This document shows positions 11,110-19,408 of a DNA stretch of 64,000 nucleotides, one piece after another (the first letter of the stretch is position 1; every line of letters begins with the position of its first letter). The notes under the pieces were generated by a model. That model made no database searches, was not told where the DNA came from, and was given only the letters and a program-made list of their open reading frames with translations. The stretch is from the NCBI GenBank assembly GCA_963768655.1, contig CAVYIM010000005.1, positions 32,001-96,000 of the forward strand. The letters run 5' to 3'. The stretch comes from an uncultured Chloroflexia bacterium (GTDB taxonomy: Bacteria > Chloroflexota > Limnocylindria > Limnocylindrales > CSP1-4). The translations under genes were made by a program, and so were the position numbers.

Positions 11110-12379
11110 TCAAGGTTTGAACAGCTCGGCGGAAGAGAAGGCTTCCTGACCGTCGCCTATGCCTCCCGCGATCAAAACGGTGCCGTCGGGCAGCAGGGTA
11201 GCCGTCTGATCGCTCCGGGCCTCGATCATCGAGCCGATCATGTGAAAGCCGGTTGCTGGGTCATATAGACCGGCCGAGTTCGCAGCACCGAGCCCGGTGC
11301 TTTCTGGAGAATTGAGGTTGCCACCCTCGAAGAGTACGCGGCCATCGGCGAGAAGAGTGGCGGTGGGACCGGACCATTGGTATGGTGTGGAGATCGATCC
11401 GGACATCGTGACCGAATTCTGTCGCGGGATCGTACGTGACCAGGTAGTCGTCGACACACAAGAGAACGCGACCGTCCTTGAGCACGGTGGCCGTGTCGGG
11501 CACTCCGTCGGCGGTCGGGATCACGGGCGGGAGCGAGAGTGAGATCGAGGTGGACTTGGCGCTGGCGGTGTCGTACAACTCCGCGTCAGGACCGCCGATC
11601 GTTCCGCCGATCACCAGGACTTTGCCATTGGGCAGGAGAGTCGCAGTGGCGCTGTCGTAGAAGTTCAGTAGCGAGCCATCGAGCGTGAACTTGCCGGTCG
11701 CCGGGTCGTACATCTCAGCTCGGGTTTCACCGCCATTGAGCATCAGGACGCGCCCGTCGGGCAGGAGAATCGCGCTGGCATCGGCGCGACCAACGGACAT
11801 CGATCCCGTGGGGGAGAACTTGCCCGTCGCCGGGTCGTACAGCTCGGCCGACGCAAGCGGGTCTGTTCCCGCCGTCACAGGACCGGGGGTGCACCCGCTC
11901 TTCCCAAGGCAGCCATAGCCACCGGCGATCAGGACGCGACCATCCGCCAGCAGCGTGGCAGTGGCATGGGAGCGAGCTGTCCTCATAGAGCCCGTGGGGG
12001 TGAACTGGCCGGTGCTCGGGTCGTACAGCTCTGCGGACGAGACGACCTCGTCAAACGACGCGGTCTGCACGTCGCCTCCTCCGGCGATGAGGACCTTGCC
12101 GTCCCGGAGCAGTGTGGCGGTGGCATCCATACGTGCGTCGTGCATTCTGCCGGTGGCGACGAACGTCGGAGTCGGTGTGGGAGTGGGGTTCGGGGTCGGC
12201 ATGGGCTTCCGGATCGGCGTGGCCGTGGGCGTCGAAGTGGAGCTGGTAGTCGGACTCAGGCTCGGCGAGGGCGAGGCCGGGCTTCCGCCGCACCCGGCGA
12301 CGGCCAGCACGAGAGCCACCGCGGCGAATGCCCGCCCTGTCGAGCCGCGGACCCTGTCGAGCCCCGGACTGGCCCTCAC
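11110..12379 (-). pseudogene. Kelch-repeat lipoprotein K7, frameshifted
   Basis: 5' part identical to K5/K6; one extra base near 11416-11419 splits it into ORFs 11261-12379 and 11110-11457; second frame ends SAELFKP. Confidence 0.8.
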
Positions 12380-12505
12380 GCTCTGCCTCCCTCTGTCATC
12401 GAAACCACTGCAGGATGACGCATCGGGGAAGCGCGCGTGATGCCACAGGATGGTGGCGTTGGCGGAGAGCGAAACGAGAATCGGCGGAGCTACCCCAGGC
12501 GATAT

Positions 12506-12580
12506 GGTCTATGCGCGACGGCCTGGCGCTCCCTCAGGACTGGCACCATCTCGGTTCACGCTCAGTTCGGAGAGACGGTG
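12506..12580 (-). repeat. Element C, ~75-bp conserved spacer next to site A (or the hybrid site)
   Basis: ggtctatgcgcgacggcctggcgc..ctggcaccatctcggttcacgctcagttcggagag; also at 14243, 15980, 19046. Confidence 0.85.
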
Positions 12581-12621
12581 TGGGCGAGGTCGGGGTCGAA
12601 CCGACACGCCGCTTACGCGGC
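12581..12621 (-). repeat. Site A: exact copy of tRNA-Leu 3' half
   Basis: Identical to 22332-22372. Confidence 0.92.
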
Positions 12622-12716
12622 CAGCCCGGGGATGCTCTATCCGGCCCCTCGTGGCGGGCGATGCAGAATCGGCCCTGTTAGCGTGTGAGTCGAACCCCGA
12701 GTAAGCCCAACGCAGC

Positions 12717-12854
12717 CTAAGGCCAGTACAGCTCCGCCGAGGCGAGAACGATACCGTCGAGGGCCTCGCCTCCAGAGATGAGAACCGGCCCATCGGCCAG
12801 CAGCGTGGCGGTCCGGTAGGCGCGCGGCCGGTCATCGAACCTGTCGGTTTCAGG
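12717..12854 (-). pseudogene. Orphan terminal Kelch blade fragment
   Basis: LKPTGSMT/(shift)/RAYRTATLLADGPVLISGGEALDGIVLASAELYWP*. Confidence 0.75.
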
Positions 12855-12865
12855 CGCCCCGCCCA

Positions 12866-14116
12866 TCAGGGTTTGAACAGTTCGGCAGACGAGAAGGCTT
12901 CCTGACCGTCGCCTATGCCTCCCGCGATCAAGACGGTGCCGTCAGGCAGCAGGGTTGCCGTCTGATCGCTCCGGGCCTCGATCATCGAGCCGATCATGTG
13001 AAAGCCATTGGCCGGGTCGTACACTCCGGCCAACCGGACGGCGGCTCCAGAGAGGTCGCGACCTCCCTCGAAGAGGACGCGCCCATCGGGGAGAGGTGTG
13101 GCGGTGGAAGCGGACCACGCGAGCGGGGGGGAGATCGACCCGGACATTGTGACCGAGCCTGTCGCCGGATCGAACGTGACCAGGTAGTCGTAGGCACTCA
13201 AGAGTACGCGGCCATCCTTGAGCAGCGTAGCCGTGTCGGGTGCTCCCCAGGTGGTCGGGATCACGGACGGGAGCGCGAATGAGATCGAGGTGGACTTGGC
13301 GCTGGCCGGATCGAACAGATCCGCTCTTGGGACGCTGTCATCGGCGATGACCAGGACCTGGCCATTGGGCAGGAGAGTCGCCGTGGCGCTGTCGTAGAAG
13401 TTCAGTAGCGAGCCATCGAGCGTGAACTTGCCGGTCGCCGGGTCGTACATCTCAGTTCGTCTGTCACCGCCATTGAGCATCAGGACGCGCCCGTCGGGCA
13501 GGAGAATCGCGCTGGCATCGGCGCGACCAACGGACATCGATCCCGTGGGGGAGAACTTGCCCGTCGCCGGGTCGTACAGCTCGGCCGACGCAAGCGGGTC
13601 TGTTCCCGCCGTCACAGGACCGGGGGTGCACCCGCTCTTCCCAAGGCAGCCATAGCCACCGGCGATCAGGACGCGACCATCCGCCAGCAGCGTGGCAGTG
13701 GCATGGGAGCGAGCTGTCCTCATAGAGCCCGTGGGGGTGAACTGGCCGGTGCTCGGGTCGTACAGCTCTGCGGACGAGACGACCTCGTCAAACGACGCGG
13801 TCTGCACGTCGCCTCCTCCGGCGATGAGGACCTTGCCGTCCCGGAGCAGTGTGGCGGTGGCATCCATACGTGCGTCGTGCATTCTGCCGGTGGCGACGAA
13901 CGTCGGAGTCGGTGTGGGAGTGGGGTTCGGGGTCGGCATGGGCTTCCGGATCGGCGTGGCCGTGGGCGTCGAAGTGGAGCTGGTAGTCGGACTCAGGCTC
14001 GGCGAGGGCGAGGCCGGGCTTCCGCCGCACCCGGCGACGGCCAGCACGAGAGCCACCGCGGCGAATGCCCGCCCTGTCGAGCCGCGGACCCTGTCGAGCC
14101 CCGGACTGGCCCTCAC
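12866..14116 (-). CDS. Kelch-repeat beta-propeller lipoprotein K6
   Basis: 416 aa, LAVAGC lipobox, Kelch repeats, ends SAELFKP; identical to K5. Confidence 0.9.
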   Translation of the reverse strand: MRASPGLDRVRGSTGRAFAAVALVLAVAGCGGSPASPSPSLSPTTSSTSTPTATPIRKPMPTPNPTPTPTPTFVATGRMHDARMDATATLLRDGKVLIAGGGDVQTASFDEVVSSAELYDPSTGQFTPTGSMRTARSHATATLLADGRVLIAGGYGCLGKSGCTPGPVTAGTDPLASAELYDPATGKFSPTGSMSVGRADASAILLPDGRVLMLNGGDRRTEMYDPATGKFTLDGSLLNFYDSATATLLPNGQVLVIADDSVPRADLFDPASAKSTSISFALPSVIPTTWGAPDTATLLKDGRVLLSAYDYLVTFDPATGSVTMSGSISPPLAWSASTATPLPDGRVLFEGGRDLSGAAVRLAGVYDPANGFHMIGSMIEARSDQTATLLPDGTVLIAGGIGDGQEAFSSAELFKP

Positions 14117-14317
14117 GCTCTGCCTCCCTCTGTCATCGAAACCACTGCAGGATGACGCATCGGGGAAGCGCGCGTGATGCCACAGGATGGTGGCGTTGGC
14201 GGAGAGCGAAACGAGAATCGGCGGAGCTACCCCAGGCGATATGGTCTATGCGCGACGGCCTGGCGCTCCCTCAGGACTGGCACCATCTCGGTTCACGCTC
14301 AGTTCGGAGAGACGGTG

Positions 14318-14358
14318 TGGGCGAGGTCGGGGTCGAACCGACACGCCGCTTACGCGGC
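14318..14358 (-). repeat. Site A: exact copy of tRNA-Leu 3' half
   Basis: Identical to 22332-22372. Confidence 0.92.
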
Positions 14359-14453
14359 CAGCCCGGGGATGCTCTATCCGGCCCCTCGTGGCGGGCGATG
14401 CAAAATCGGCCCTGTTAGCGTGTGAGTCGAACCCCGAGTAAGCCCAACGCAGC

Positions 14454-14591
14454 CTAAGGCCAGTACAGCTCCGCCGAGGCGAGAACGATACCGTCGAGGG
14501 CCTCGCCTCCAGAGATGAGAACCGGCCCATCGGCCAGCAGCGTGGCGGTCCGGTAGGCGCGCGGCCGGTCATCGAACCTGTCGGTTTCAGG
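14454..14591 (-). pseudogene. Orphan terminal Kelch blade fragment
   Basis: Copy of 12717-12854. Confidence 0.75.
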
Positions 14592-14602
14592 CGCCCCGCC
14601 CA

Positions 14603-15853
14603 TCAGGGTTTGAACAGTTCGGCAGACGAGAAGGCTTCCTGACCGTCGCCTATGCCTCCCGCGATCAAGACGGTGCCGTCAGGCAGCAGGGTTGCCGTCT
14701 GATCGCTCCGGGCCTCGATCATCGAGCCGATCATGTGAAAGCCATTGGCCGGGTCGTACACTCCGGCCAACCGGACGGCGGCTCCAGAGAGGTCGCGACC
14801 TCCCTCGAAGAGGACGCGCCCATCGGGGAGAGGTGTGGCGGTGGAAGCGGACCACGCGAGCGGGGGGGAGATCGACCCGGACATTGTGACCGAGCCTGTC
14901 GCCGGATCGAACGTGACCAGGTAGTCGTAGGCACTCAAGAGTACGCGGCCATCCTTGAGCAGCGTAGCCGTGTCGGGTGCTCCCCAGGTGGTCGGGATCA
15001 CGGACGGGAGCGCGAATGAGATCGAGGTGGACTTGGCGCTGGCCGGATCGAACAGATCCGCTCTTGGGACGCTGTCATCGGCGATGACCAGGACCTGGCC
15101 ATTGGGCAGGAGAGTCGCCGTGGCGCTGTCGTAGAAGTTCAGTAGCGAGCCATCGAGCGTGAACTTGCCGGTCGCCGGGTCGTACATCTCAGTTCGTCTG
15201 TCACCGCCATTGAGCATCAGGACGCGCCCGTCGGGCAGGAGAATCGCGCTGGCATCGGCGCGACCAACGGACATCGATCCCGTGGGGGAGAACTTGCCCG
15301 TCGCCGGGTCGTACAGCTCGGCCGACGCAAGCGGGTCTGTTCCCGCCGTCACAGGACCGGGGGTGCACCCGCTCTTCCCAAGGCAGCCATAGCCACCGGC
15401 GATCAGGACGCGACCATCCGCCAGCAGCGTGGCAGTGGCATGGGAGCGAGCTGTCCTCATAGAGCCCGTGGGGGTGAACTGGCCGGTGCTCGGGTCGTAC
15501 AGCTCTGCGGACGAGACGACCTCGTCAAACGACGCGGTCTGCACGTCGCCTCCTCCGGCGATGAGGACCTTGCCGTCCCGGAGCAGTGTGGCGGTGGCAT
15601 CCATACGTGCGTCGTGCATTCTGCCGGTGGCGACGAACGTCGGAGTCGGTGTGGGAGTGGGGTTCGGGGTCGGCATGGGCTTCCGGATCGGCGTGGCCGT
15701 GGGCGTCGAAGTGGAGCTGGTAGTCGGACTCAGGCTCGGCGAGGGCGAGGCCGGGCTTCCGCCGCACCCGGCGACGGCCAGCACGAGAGCCACCGCGGCG
15801 AATGCCCGCCCTGTCGAGCCGCGGACCCTGTCGAGCCCCGGACTGGCCCTCAC
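14603..15853 (-). CDS. Kelch-repeat beta-propeller lipoprotein K5
   Basis: 416 aa, identical to K6. Confidence 0.9.
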   Translation of the reverse strand: MRASPGLDRVRGSTGRAFAAVALVLAVAGCGGSPASPSPSLSPTTSSTSTPTATPIRKPMPTPNPTPTPTPTFVATGRMHDARMDATATLLRDGKVLIAGGGDVQTASFDEVVSSAELYDPSTGQFTPTGSMRTARSHATATLLADGRVLIAGGYGCLGKSGCTPGPVTAGTDPLASAELYDPATGKFSPTGSMSVGRADASAILLPDGRVLMLNGGDRRTEMYDPATGKFTLDGSLLNFYDSATATLLPNGQVLVIADDSVPRADLFDPASAKSTSISFALPSVIPTTWGAPDTATLLKDGRVLLSAYDYLVTFDPATGSVTMSGSISPPLAWSASTATPLPDGRVLFEGGRDLSGAAVRLAGVYDPANGFHMIGSMIEARSDQTATLLPDGTVLIAGGIGDGQEAFSSAELFKP

Positions 15854-16053
15854 GCTCTGCCTCCCTCTGTCATCGAAACCACTGCAGGATGACGCATCGG
15901 GGAAGCGCGCGTGATGCCACAGGATGGTGGCGTTGGCGGAGAGCGAAACGAGAATCGGCGGAGCTACCCCAGGCGATATGGTCTATGCGCGACGGCCTGG
16001 CGCTCCCTCAGGACTGGCACCATCTCGGTTCACGCTCAGTTCGGAGAGACGGT

Positions 16054-16081
16054 GTGGAGGAGACTGGTCAGTATGCGAACC
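16054..16081 (-). repeat. Site B copy fused to element C (hybrid site)
   Basis: + strand gagacggtgtgg|aggagactggtcagtatgcgaacc. Confidence 0.85.
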
Positions 16082-16203
16082 GGACGGCCGGAATAGTCCG
16101 GCGTCCGTTAGCGGTCAGCCGATCCCGCCGCTCGGCATCATCGACGGCATGAGCACGAAGAACAGTGAGCCACCCCGCAACCCGAGCTTCGACCCAAAGC
16201 CAG

Positions 16204-17373
16204 CTACGGCCAGTACAACTCTGCCGAAGGGCCGCCGTCCAGTGCTCCACCGGCGATCAGGACTCGCCCATCGGTGAGCAGGGTGGCGGTCTGGTTGAAC
16301 CGGGCAATGGTCATCGATCCTGTCGGCGTGAACGTGCCCGTGACAGGATCGTACAGCTCGGCCGACGTAAGGGCCACCGAGTCGTCGTTCGCTCCTCCAA
16401 CCACGAGAACCATGCCATCGGCGAGCAGGGTGGCGGTGAAGTACTGGCGCGCATCGTGCATCGATCCGGTCGGGCTGAACTTGCCGGCGGCAGGATCGTA
16501 CAGCTCGGCCGAGGCGAGGGTCCCGGAGTCGTCGCTGCCTCCGGCGACCAGAACCTGGCCATCGGTGAGCAAGGTGGCGGTGAAGTCTGTCCGTGGCGAG
16601 TGCATCGATCCCGTCGGGCTGAACTTGCCCGTCGCCGGGTTGTAGATCTCGGCCGACGCCCAGTACTGTCCATCCACGGCTCCCTCGCCGCCGACAACCA
16701 GGACCCGACCGTCCGCCAATCGTGTGGCCGTGAAGTCCAGGCGCCCCGTCATCATCGACCCAGTCGGGGTGAACTTGCCAGTGGCCGGGTCGTATAGGTC
16801 GGCCGTGTTGACTAGATCACCTCCTCCTACGATCAGGACGTGACCGTTCTGCAGCAAGATGGCTCTTTGTCCGCCGTGCACCATCGATCCCGCTGGGCTG
16901 AACGTGCCTGTCGCGGGATCGTATAGCTCGGCCGTGTTGTCGATGCCGCCCGCGATCAGCACTCGGCCGTCCGAGAGCAGTGTGGCCGTGTGGTAGGCCC
17001 GAGCGGTCGTCATCGATCCCGTCGCACTGAACTTGCCGGTGGCCGGGTCATACAGCTCCGCGGTGGCCACCGCACTGTTGACCATGCCCCCGGCGACGAG
17101 GACCCGGCCATTGCCCAACAGAGTCGCGGTTTCGAAGGTCCGGTTGGTGCTCATCGATCCAGTGACAATGAACGTGCCGTGGGCGGGCGTGGGTGAAGGT
17201 GCGGGAGTTGGCGCGAACGTCCGGCTCGGGCCGGCCGTCGGGCCCACGGCGGGGCTCGTCGTCGGGCTCTGGCTCGGCGAGGGCGAGGCCGGGCTGCCCA
17301 CACAGCCTGCGACGGCCCAGGCGAGGACCGCTACGGCAAGCGGCCGTCTCACCGAACGACGCCTGACTCCCAT
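16204..17373 (-). CDS. Kelch-repeat beta-propeller lipoprotein K4
   Basis: ATG after GAGGGAG; AVAGC lipobox; very regular Kelch repeats; ends SAELYWP. Confidence 0.9.
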   Translation of the reverse strand: MGVRRRSVRRPLAVAVLAWAVAGCVGSPASPSPSQSPTTSPAVGPTAGPSRTFAPTPAPSPTPAHGTFIVTGSMSTNRTFETATLLGNGRVLVAGGMVNSAVATAELYDPATGKFSATGSMTTARAYHTATLLSDGRVLIAGGIDNTAELYDPATGTFSPAGSMVHGGQRAILLQNGHVLIVGGGDLVNTADLYDPATGKFTPTGSMMTGRLDFTATRLADGRVLVVGGEGAVDGQYWASAEIYNPATGKFSPTGSMHSPRTDFTATLLTDGQVLVAGGSDDSGTLASAELYDPAAGKFSPTGSMHDARQYFTATLLADGMVLVVGGANDDSVALTSAELYDPVTGTFTPTGSMTIARFNQTATLLTDGRVLIAGGALDGGPSAELYWP

Positions 17374-17443
17374 GCGCCGTCTCCCTCTGCCATTGGAACG
17401 AACTGAGGATGACGCATCGTAGCAAAGCAGGTGCCGCTCAAAG

Positions 17444-17607
17444 TGGTGGAGGAGACTGGTCAGTATGCGAACCAGCCTGGGGGCTCAATCCGGCGAACGC
17501 TGGCCGTCGTGCGAGCCACTCCGGCGCCAGCTCTCGCCCGCTCGCCTGAGGTGAGAACTGGAAGATGGGGCCAATAGAGCTCGGCAGATGTCAGCCCGTC
17601 ACTGACA
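17444..17607 (-). repeat. Site B plus flank and last codons of a K9-like gene (scar)
   Basis: Close copy of 7793-7957 including DGLTSAELYWP coding end. Confidence 0.85.
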
Positions 17608-17733
17608 GCCCGACGAGCATGCGCCACCTGGGACTCCGCATCTTCCCGACTCGTGCCAGCCTCATCCATCTCGTCGACACGGTCCTACCGACTCGGATGA
17701 CAAGTCGCGCTAGCCAGGCGTCGACGCTCGGAG

Positions 17734-18882
17734 CTAGCCAGTCAGCTTGTACACCATCGCCTGCCTCGTGCCCGGTGCGTCCTGATAGTCGGTCGATCCA
17801 CCAATCACGAGGACGCGGCCGTCGGCCAGCAGGGTCTGTATCTTGGTATCGCCGCCTGCTCCTCCACCTCCGATGACGCTGAAGGACTCCGAGCTCGGGT
17901 CATACAGGAAGGCGTCAATACTGCCAATGATCAGTACTCGGCCGTCTGACACAGCCGTCGCGCTTTCGGTCCCGTCTCCTGCGGGCTGCGAAATCGATCG
18001 AAATCGACGAGTCGACGGGTCGAAGAGCTCGGCCGAACGTGGCACAAAGACGCCCAGCTGGTTCGCGGTATCAGCCCAACCGCCGACCACGAGAACCTGC
18101 CGGTTGGGCAACAAGATAGCCGTGTGATCTGATCGCGCCTCTACCAGACTCCCGGTCGCGCTAAATGTTCCCGTCGCCGTGTCGTAGATCTCAGCGGAGG
18201 CGATCCTAGCTCCGTCGGTGGACACGCCTCCAGCGATCAACACTCCGACGCCCGGGATCAGAGTGGCGGTTTGGAGCTCTCGGGCCTGGTTCATCGACCC
18301 GGTCAGAGCGAACGCGCCAGTCGCCGGATCGTACAGTTCGGCCGTCGGCGAGCCGTGCGTACCGGTCTGCCCGGAACCACCTGCGATGAGCACTCGGCCG
18401 TCTGGCAAGAGCGTGGCGGTCCCGTTCCAGTGCGGCTCATGCATCGACCCGGTGGCGGCAAATGTGCTAGACCTGGGATCGAACAGCTCGGCGGTCCCAA
18501 GCTCGTCGCCCCCGGCAATCAGCACGCGGCCGTCCGAGAGGCGAACGGCCATCGCCTCTGAACGCGCCTGAACCATCGTTCCAGTCAGGGTGAAGGTGCC
18601 CGTCTTGGGGTCGAACAACTCTGCGGTGCCCTTGCCATCGCCACCCGCCACCAGCACTCGACCGTCCTGGAGCAGAGTCGCGGTCGGCCACCATCGAGCG
18701 ACGTTCATCTGCGTATGCGTGACCGCGAGCGATGGCCCGGTCGCGCCGCAGCCTGCAAGGACCAGGATCACCGCAAGCGCCATTCCGGCAGTAAGGACGT
18801 GGCGGCTCAGAGTGACGTGGGTCCTACGATCCGTGTTTGTGCCTCCTCCCTCTGACATCGGCGCGAACACAGGATGACGCAT
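17734..18882 (-). CDS. Kelch-repeat beta-propeller lipoprotein K3 (divergent; start uncertain)
   Basis: LVLAGC lipobox, Kelch repeats, short linker, atypical C-terminus QAMVYKLTG. Confidence 0.82.
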   Translation of the reverse strand: MRHPVFAPMSEGGGTNTDRRTHVTLSRHVLTAGMALAVILVLAGCGATGPSLAVTHTQMNVARWWPTATLLQDGRVLVAGGDGKGTAELFDPKTGTFTLTGTMVQARSEAMAVRLSDGRVLIAGGDELGTAELFDPRSSTFAATGSMHEPHWNGTATLLPDGRVLIAGGSGQTGTHGSPTAELYDPATGAFALTGSMNQARELQTATLIPGVGVLIAGGVSTDGARIASAEIYDTATGTFSATGSLVEARSDHTAILLPNRQVLVVGGWADTANQLGVFVPRSAELFDPSTRRFRSISQPAGDGTESATAVSDGRVLIIGSIDAFLYDPSSESFSVIGGGGAGGDTKIQTLLADGRVLVIGGSTDYQDAPGTRQAMVYKLTG

Positions 18883-19122
18883 CGAAGCTAGGAGCGTGAG
18901 GCTTCAGGGGGTTGGTTGGTCCTCGCCCGATAGGCGGGCGAACCGCCCGGCTGGAACGGCGGGAAACTGCCGCGCAGGATCACGGCCTACCGTACTGCGC
19001 AGTCAGGTCGCTTCCCCCCATCTATGGATATCATCAGCTCGATAAGGTCTATGCGCGACGGCCTGGCGCCCCCCCCCAGGACTGGCACCATCTCGGTTCA
19101 CGCTCAGTTCGGAGAGGCGGTG

Positions 19123-19162
19123 TGGCGAGGTCGGGGTCGAACCGACACGCCGCTTACGCGGC
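19123..19162 (-). repeat. Site A: tRNA-Leu 3' half copy with 1-nt deletion
   Basis: tggcgaggtcggggtcgaaccgacacgccgcttacgcggc. Confidence 0.9.
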
Positions 19163-19261
19163 CAGCCCGGGGATGCTCTATCCGGCCCCTCGTGCCAGGC
19201 GATGCAGAATCGGCACTGTTAGCGTGTGAGTCAAAGCCCGGTCTCCGAGGCCCAACGCAGG

Positions 19262-19399
19262 CTACGGCCAGTACAGCTCCGCCGAGGTGAGAACGATACC
19301 GTCGAGGGCCTCGCGTCCAGGGATGAGAACCCGGCCGTCGGCGATCAGCGTGGCGGTCTGGTAGGCGCGCATGTCCTCATCGAGCCTGTCGGGTTCAAG
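19262..19399 (-). pseudogene. Orphan terminal Kelch blade fragment
   Basis: RAYQTATLIADGRVLIPGREALDGIVLTSAELYWP*; nearly identical to 10964-11100. Confidence 0.75.
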
Positions 19400-19408
19400 C
19401 ACCGCCCG

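Larger units (their letters stand above)
11727..16057. repeat. Tandem repeat, 1737-bp unit, ~2.5 copies
   Basis: Sequence at x matches x+1737 across this span; only difference I found is 12666 g vs 14403 a; K5 and K6 proteins identical in ORF track. Confidence 0.92.

Noticed and set aside
12451-12470. tggcggagag as another tRNA-end remnant
   Set aside because: Match is too short and occurs only within the 1737-bp duplicated unit.
10828-19162. Additional functional tRNA genes
   Set aside because: Copies contain only the 3' 41 nt; D-arm, anticodon arm and 5' acceptor strand are missing.
10964-19399. Diversity-generating retroelement (orphan blades as template repeats)
   Set aside because: No reverse transcriptase in the window, and differences between orphans and gene ends include indels and non-adenine changes.
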